Source: an uncultured Aquiluna sp.
GTDB taxonomy: Bacteria > Actinomycetota > Actinomycetes > Actinomycetales > Microbacteriaceae
NCBI GenBank assembly: GCA_964407995.1
Contig: CAYOXP010000002.1
Span: 7,054 to 39,530, forward strand
Length of the DNA stretch: 32,477 nt
Direction of reading: 5' to 3'
Shown here: in pieces, positions 28,333 to 32,477 of the stretch
How positions within the stretch are numbered: position 1 is the first letter of the stretch
Layout: each line of letters starts with the position of its first letter
The notes under the pieces: model-generated
What the model was told of the DNA's origin: nothing
The model's database searches: none
Seen by the model: only the letters and a program-made list of their open reading frames with translations
Position numbers and translations under genes: made by a program

Positions 28333-28409
28333 CGCGGGGTGGAGCAGTTCGGTAGCTCGCCGGGCTCATAACCCGGAGGTCGTAGGTTCAAATCCTGCCC
28401 CCGCAACCA
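28333..28409 (+). tRNA. Initiator tRNA-Met (CAT)
   Basis: Cloverleaf with C1:A72 mismatch, anticodon arm CCGGG-CTCATAA-CCCGG (three G-C pairs), TTCAAAT T-loop, encoded CCA. TGGTAATGT -10 lies just upstream. Confidence 0.97.
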
Positions 28410-28412
28410 ATT

Positions 28413-28442
28413 ACAAACCCCTTGGGAAACCAAGGGGTTTGT
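28413..28442 (+). terminator. Intrinsic terminator hairpin after tRNA-Met
   Basis: Perfect 13-bp stem ACAAACCCCTTGG-GAAA-CCAAGGGGTTTGT with a GNRA loop. Confidence 0.85.
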
Positions 28443-28445
28443 TGC

Positions 28446-28463
28446 TTGTGGATAACTAGAAGC
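28446..28463 (+). promoter_or_regulatory. Perfect DnaA box / upstream motif (copy 2)
   Basis: TGTGGATAA (reverse complement TTATCCACA) at 28447-28455, -48..-40 from ATG 28495. Confidence 0.55.
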
Positions 28464-28494
28464 GCAAATTCAAAGGCGAATCTAGCCTGTGGTC

Positions 28495-28887
28495 ATGAGG
28501 CTCATTCTTTTTACGTTGTTCCTGCTAACGGGCTGCACTTCGAATTTTGACCACCAGTCACTTTTGGCGGACTATGCCCGCAATTCCATCGATAAAACTT
28601 TGCTTTCCAATTACCTAGAGGGCGATGCCCTTGAATCGGCCTTGAACTCGGTAGACCTATTGGAAGAGCTCGATCTGAATCAGCGAGGCGTGGCGCATTT
28701 TGACGATGTCCGCAGTTACGGGCCAGAGTTGGCCCAGGCCTGTTTGGACGTCTCTACCGTTAGCTTTTTGAATTCGTCTGGGCAGGTCGTCGAACTAGAA
28801 AATCGCATTCCTAGGCAAGCGGTGACGCTCTGGTTCAATGCTGAATCGAAGAAGATCTTCAGGTTTGAAGTAGGTGGTGCGTGTTAG
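28495..28887 (+). CDS. Putative lipoprotein of unknown function
   Basis: Start re-called to ATG 28495 (TAGCCT 6 nt upstream). MRLILFTLFLLTGC lipobox; ACLDVS..LNSSG.V motif; terminal Cys. Confidence 0.75.
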   Translation: MRLILFTLFLLTGCTSNFDHQSLLADYARNSIDKTLLSNYLEGDALESALNSVDLLEELDLNQRGVAHFDDVRSYGPELAQACLDVSTVSFLNSSGQVVELENRIPRQAVTLWFNAESKKIFRFEVGGAC

Positions 28888-29606
28888 AGCTACTGGTGAC
28901 ATTTTTGCTTGCAGCAGGCTGTGACGTAACCGGTGCAGCGCTGGGTCAGTGCGGATGTAATTCAAATGAGGCTGGTCAATTCACCCTTTGTGCATCGAAC
29001 CAAACCCAGTCTCAAATACCGGGATCTAAAAACATCTCCCAACCTCAACCCAAACCACTTCGCCTCTGCAGTTATTACGCAAATGGCACGATCGACGTCC
29101 CAACAATCTCTGTGATCACTGCGTGGGTCGAGGTAGGGTCAAGGCTTTGTATAGGAGATGTGGTTTCCGACGGTGGCTTTACCACCCCTCCAAGAACCAT
29201 CGATGATGAACTGAATGACTCTGTTACGGCAGTCAGTGATCGACCAACTGCCTGGTGGGAGCCGGGCGATGAAGTTGAGTTTGAAGACCCTGCCAAATTC
29301 AAAATCTCAAGTAATTCGCTTCACTTCTCTGCTGATCTGCTAGGCCAAGCAGCCCAGATTCGATTTACCGCAACCTCTGCCAGGTGGCAGTTCTCCGATG
29401 GGGTAAAGGGTGCCGGCTTTACCTTCACAAGGACCTTCGAAAACCTAGGGGCATACTGGGCTCAGGGATATGTGGAGTACCGTGTTGATTACAAAATTGA
29501 TTCAAGCCCGTGGGTTCTTGGGGCAACTAGTTGGGAGCTGCCAGCAAATCAACTGCAGGTGCCTGTTGTTGAATATCCCCGTCGCACGCTCTTGGTCCAA
29601 GGCTAA
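28881..29606 (+). CDS. Secreted Cys-rich protein with a C-terminal PKD/Ig-like beta domain
   Basis: Hydrophobic N-terminus with LAAGC, six Cys in the first 90 aa, RFTATSARWQFSDG..TRTFENLGAY..VEY.VDY; overlaps the upstream stop. Confidence 0.65.
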   Translation: MLELLVTFLLAAGCDVTGAALGQCGCNSNEAGQFTLCASNQTQSQIPGSKNISQPQPKPLRLCSYYANGTIDVPTISVITAWVEVGSRLCIGDVVSDGGFTTPPRTIDDELNDSVTAVSDRPTAWWEPGDEVEFEDPAKFKISSNSLHFSADLLGQAAQIRFTATSARWQFSDGVKGAGFTFTRTFENLGAYWAQGYVEYRVDYKIDSSPWVLGATSWELPANQLQVPVVEYPRRTLLVQG

Positions 29607-29610
29607 GGCG

Positions 29611-29649
29611 GTTCAGAATACACTCAGACTAGGTTGAGAAAATCTCCAG
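29611..29649 (+). promoter_or_regulatory. 11-bp-periodic direct repeats, MprA/OmpR-type box candidate
   Basis: GTTCAG, ACTCAG, GTTGAG and CTCCAG end at 29616, 29627, 29638 and 29649, upstream of htrA. Confidence 0.5.
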
Positions 29650-29692
29650 CATTGCCCCTAATAATTTCTTGGGCAATCTCGAAAGGAAGTCA

Positions 29693-30892
29693 ATGTCTGA
29701 GTGGAATCGTTCTGGAGACAGTCAGTTCAATTTCAATTCGCCATACGTCGCACCAGTGCCAACGGTTCAAAAACGCAAGCGTCGCCCACTAAGAGCGCTC
29801 GGTATTGCCACGCTGGTGATGGCAGCTGCACTGGTTGGCGGGATTATCGGCTCAACAGCATTCACGCTTTCTTACCTTGCAATTTCTCAGCCGGCTCCAG
29901 TGGTGGTCAACAACACCGAGCAGGTGAACTGGGTAACTGGTGCTGCGGCCAACGCTGCACCTTCGGTAGTAACCATCGGCGTTGAATCATCAACCGGGTC
30001 AGGCTCAGGTTCAGGCGTTGCCTTGACCGAGGATGGCTACGTTCTAACAAATGCCCACGTAGTAACTTTGGGCGGTTTGACCGAAGGTGCAAACATCACT
30101 GTTCAGCTGTACAACGGAGATGTTTACCCAGCGACCTTGGTTGGGTATGACACTGTCTATGACCTTGCTGTTGTCAAAGTTGATATCACTGGCATGAAGC
30201 CGATTGTTTTTGCTGATTCTGAGGACCTGAATGTTGGTCAGGATGTTGTCGCTATCGGAGCCCCATTGGGCCTGGCATCAACCGTGACGCAGGGAATCAT
30301 CTCGGCGCTAAACCGAACCATTCAGGTGGCAAGCAGTGAGGTAAGTGAAAACCCAAGTCTGCAGTTCTGGAACGGCACCGGCAATGCGCCTATCTCGCTC
30401 CAGGTTATTCAGACTGACGCTGCGATTAACCCAGGAAACTCCGGTGGTGCATTGGTGAACAATCTGGGTGAGCTAATCGGCATCAACGTTGCTATCGCTA
30501 CAGCCGGTAATGGCGAATCGGGCAGCATCGGTGTTGGTTTCGCTATTCCTTCAAACACCGCCAAGCGCATTGCTCAGGAGATCGTCGACACCGGCAGCGC
30601 CTCTCACGGGCTGCTGGGTGCACTGGTCAGGGACAACACGGCTGATAATTCTTCATTCTCAACTGGCGCTTACGTAGAAGAGGTGACTGCAGGTGGTGCA
30701 GCTCAGTCCGCCGGCATTAAATCGGGTGACGTGGTGGTCGAATTTGCCGGCAGTGCGGTTGCCACTGCCAGTGACCTAACAGCTTTGGTTCGGGCTCAAC
30801 CAGCAGGTGCAGAAGTTGAGGTTGTGGTGCTTCGCGATGGTGCAAACAAGAGCTTCATGGTCACTCTTGGCGATGCCGCTGACCTACAATAA
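29693..30892 (+). CDS. htrA: HtrA/PepD-like membrane serine protease with PDZ domain
   Basis: TM anchor, catalytic triad LTNAHVV / DLAVVK / QTDAAINPGNSGG, one PDZ domain. Start re-called to ATG 29693 (GAAAGGAAG SD). Confidence 0.92.
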   Translation: MSEWNRSGDSQFNFNSPYVAPVPTVQKRKRRPLRALGIATLVMAAALVGGIIGSTAFTLSYLAISQPAPVVVNNTEQVNWVTGAAANAAPSVVTIGVESSTGSGSGSGVALTEDGYVLTNAHVVTLGGLTEGANITVQLYNGDVYPATLVGYDTVYDLAVVKVDITGMKPIVFADSEDLNVGQDVVAIGAPLGLASTVTQGIISALNRTIQVASSEVSENPSLQFWNGTGNAPISLQVIQTDAAINPGNSGGALVNNLGELIGINVAIATAGNGESGSIGVGFAIPSNTAKRIAQEIVDTGSASHGLLGALVRDNTADNSSFSTGAYVEEVTAGGAAQSAGIKSGDVVVEFAGSAVATASDLTALVRAQPAGAEVEVVVLRDGANKSFMVTLGDAADLQ

Positions 30893-30897
30893 CCAGC

Positions 30898-31143
30898 ATG
30901 TCGCAAAACCAATTTGGTACTCAACTTGAAGAGCAGGCTCTCTTAGATCAAGGTGACCACGAGCGCTTCTCGCACTATGTCAAAAAGGACAAAATCGTAG
31001 AGTCTGCGGTCATGGGTAATGCGGTTGTAGCGCTTTGTGGCAAGATCTGGGTTCCCTCACGTGACCCGCAAAAGTTTCCTGTTTGCCCAACCTGCAAAGA
31101 CATCTATGAAGGCCTAAAACCTTCGGATGACGAGACTAAATAA
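30898..31143 (+). CDS. DUF3039 family putative Zn-binding protein
   Basis: GDHERFSHYV.K.KI..SA..G..VVALCGKIWVP..DP..FPVCPTCK; TACAAT 7 nt upstream. Confidence 0.92.
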   Translation: MSQNQFGTQLEEQALLDQGDHERFSHYVKKDKIVESAVMGNAVVALCGKIWVPSRDPQKFPVCPTCKDIYEGLKPSDDETK

Positions 31144-32410
31144 ACTCCACGGGAATCGCCGCATCACCTTTTGATAAGCGTAGAGCGGTTGCCGGTAGCT
31201 CTGACATAACCTGCCTATTGTGCTGAGCAGCGCGTTCCACCCCATCATTACCGGTGAAGCCATCGACAACTTCACCAGCATTGACTAGAGGTATTTGCAA
31301 TGGCCTACCCTCAGGCAAATCAACGCCGATGAGCTCTGCTTTAGCCGTGCCGTGCTCTATTTGGCGAGCGGCAAACTTCTTGCCTCCCCGGTTGGTTTTT
31401 TTGCTTGAGCTTTTCGCAACATCTGTCCAACCCTCACCATCTGAGTGAGAAACAAGTTTGTAGACAAAACCCGCGGTTGGATATCCCGAGCCAGTTACCA
31501 AACTGGTTCCAACCCCGTAGGCATCAATCGGAGCTACGGCCAAAGCGGCAATGGTGAATTCGTCTAGGTCGCTGGTAACTGTAATCAGTGTCTTTTCAGC
31601 CCCAAGCGAGTCCAGCTGTTTCCGCACCTCAACGGCACTTGTAGCGAGATCGCCAGAGTCTAGGCGTACGGCTCGAATCCTGCCATCGGTTAGACGCACG
31701 GCGGTTTCGACGGCTTTCTTCACGTCGTAGGTGTCAACCAGCAAAGTGGTTTGATCGCCCATTGAAGCCAGCTGGGCTTTGAAGGCCTCTTCCTCGCTGT
31801 CATGTAACAAAGTAAAGGCATGTGCCGAAGTTCCCATGGTGTTGAGGCCATATCGTCGGCCAGCCTCTAGATTGCTAGTTGCTTCGAAGCCAGCAATGAC
31901 GGCCGCCCTTGCGGCAGAAATAGCCGCATCCTCGTGGGCCCTTCTAGAGCCCATTTCAATCAGGCGGCGCTCGCCAGCGGCACTGCGCATTCGGGCCGCT
32001 GCCGATGCGATTGCAGAGTCAAAGTTCATGATTGACAGAATCAAGGTCTCGAGAATCACGGCTTCTGCGAAGCTTCCCTCGACAGTCAGAACCGGTGATT
32101 GGCCAAAGTAGATTTCACCCTCGCGGTAACCAGTAATGGAGCCCGAGAATCTGTAGCTGGCCAACCAGTTCAAGGTTGCATCGTCTACGACATTGTTATC
32201 CGATAAAAAGTCAAGTTCTGAGGTCTCAAATTTGAATTCTTGCAGCGCTTCAAGCACTCGACCAGTGCCAGCTACAACGCCATACCTGCGACCTGCGGGG
32301 AGCTGCCTGGAGAAGACTTCAAAAACGCAGCGACGTTCAGATTTCCCGGAGCGCAGCGCAGCCTGGAGCATAGTTAGCTCATAGCGATCTGTCTTCAGCG
32401 CGGTTGACAC
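31136..32410 (-). CDS. pncB: Nicotinate phosphoribosyltransferase
   Basis: TDRYELTM, FEVFSR, EMGSRR, TSNL, GTSAH, LLVDTYD, VRLDSGD, YGVGT, VYKLV. Confidence 0.95.
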   Translation of the reverse strand: MSTALKTDRYELTMLQAALRSGKSERRCVFEVFSRQLPAGRRYGVVAGTGRVLEALQEFKFETSELDFLSDNNVVDDATLNWLASYRFSGSITGYREGEIYFGQSPVLTVEGSFAEAVILETLILSIMNFDSAIASAAARMRSAAGERRLIEMGSRRAHEDAAISAARAAVIAGFEATSNLEAGRRYGLNTMGTSAHAFTLLHDSEEEAFKAQLASMGDQTTLLVDTYDVKKAVETAVRLTDGRIRAVRLDSGDLATSAVEVRKQLDSLGAEKTLITVTSDLDEFTIAALAVAPIDAYGVGTSLVTGSGYPTAGFVYKLVSHSDGEGWTDVAKSSSKKTNRGGKKFAARQIEHGTAKAELIGVDLPEGRPLQIPLVNAGEVVDGFTGNDGVERAAQHNRQVMSELPATALRLSKGDAAIPVEFI

Positions 32411-32451
32411 CGGATAAGCCTATCTTTTGCCAGGCGCCCTAGACTTGTCGG

Positions 32452-32477
32452 GTGGATTCGAGACCTATAGGCGTGTT
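32452..32477 (+). CDS. murI: Glutamate racemase, 5' end (partial)
   Basis: GTG GAT TCG AGA CCT ATA GGC GTG TT reads (M)DSRPIGV(F), the typical MurI start (PIGVFDSG). TAGACT 6 nt upstream; divergent from pncB. Confidence 0.7.

Noticed and set aside
28080-28433. 117-aa minus-strand ORF
   Set aside because: It is the antisense reading of the tRNA (LRGQDLNLRPPGYEPGELP is a typical tRNA shadow) and of the UPF0182 end.
28447-28455. Replication origin because of the DnaA box
   Set aside because: Single box, no cluster, no AT-rich unwinding element, no dnaA/dnaN nearby.
28333-29692. Integrated element or genomic island at tRNA-Met
   Set aside because: No integrase or transposase, and I found no duplicated tRNA 3' end (attR) downstream; the tRNA terminator is intact.

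Overview
Core chromosomal segment of a streamlined actinobacterium. Gene order matches Actinomycetota; the moderate GC content (judged by eye), tiny intergenic spaces and overlapping genes suggest a freshwater Microbacteriaceae such as Aquiluna/Rhodoluna (inference). Gene order: dapD<>dapE, a DUF3117 protein missed by the ORF track, O-methyltransferase, tatB, a minus-strand operon (MgtE_N/CBS protein, DUF1003, mrp, aldehyde dehydrogenase), stress protein, pepP<>PHP hydrolase, DEAD-box helicase, ferritin-like protein, DUF3107, adnAB, APH-fold protein, uvrD2, ThiF-like protein, DUF2342 zincin-like protein, PDZ/Lon protease, UPF0182, initiator tRNA-Met, a lipoprotein plus PKD-like gene pair of unknown function, htrA, DUF3039, pncB and the start of murI. 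No mobile element, CRISPR array or rRNA gene was seen. The most interesting signals are regulatory or catalytic. (1) A DnaA-box-like motif (TTGTGGAwARCnnnAAGC) sits at the same -48 position upstream of two unrelated uncharacterised genes. (2) About 15 genes look leaderless, including two with interdigitated divergent -10 boxes. (3) There are candidate PafBC, ClgR and MprA sites. (4) An apparent pseudokinase and pseudo-zincin lie in the DNA-repair neighbourhood.
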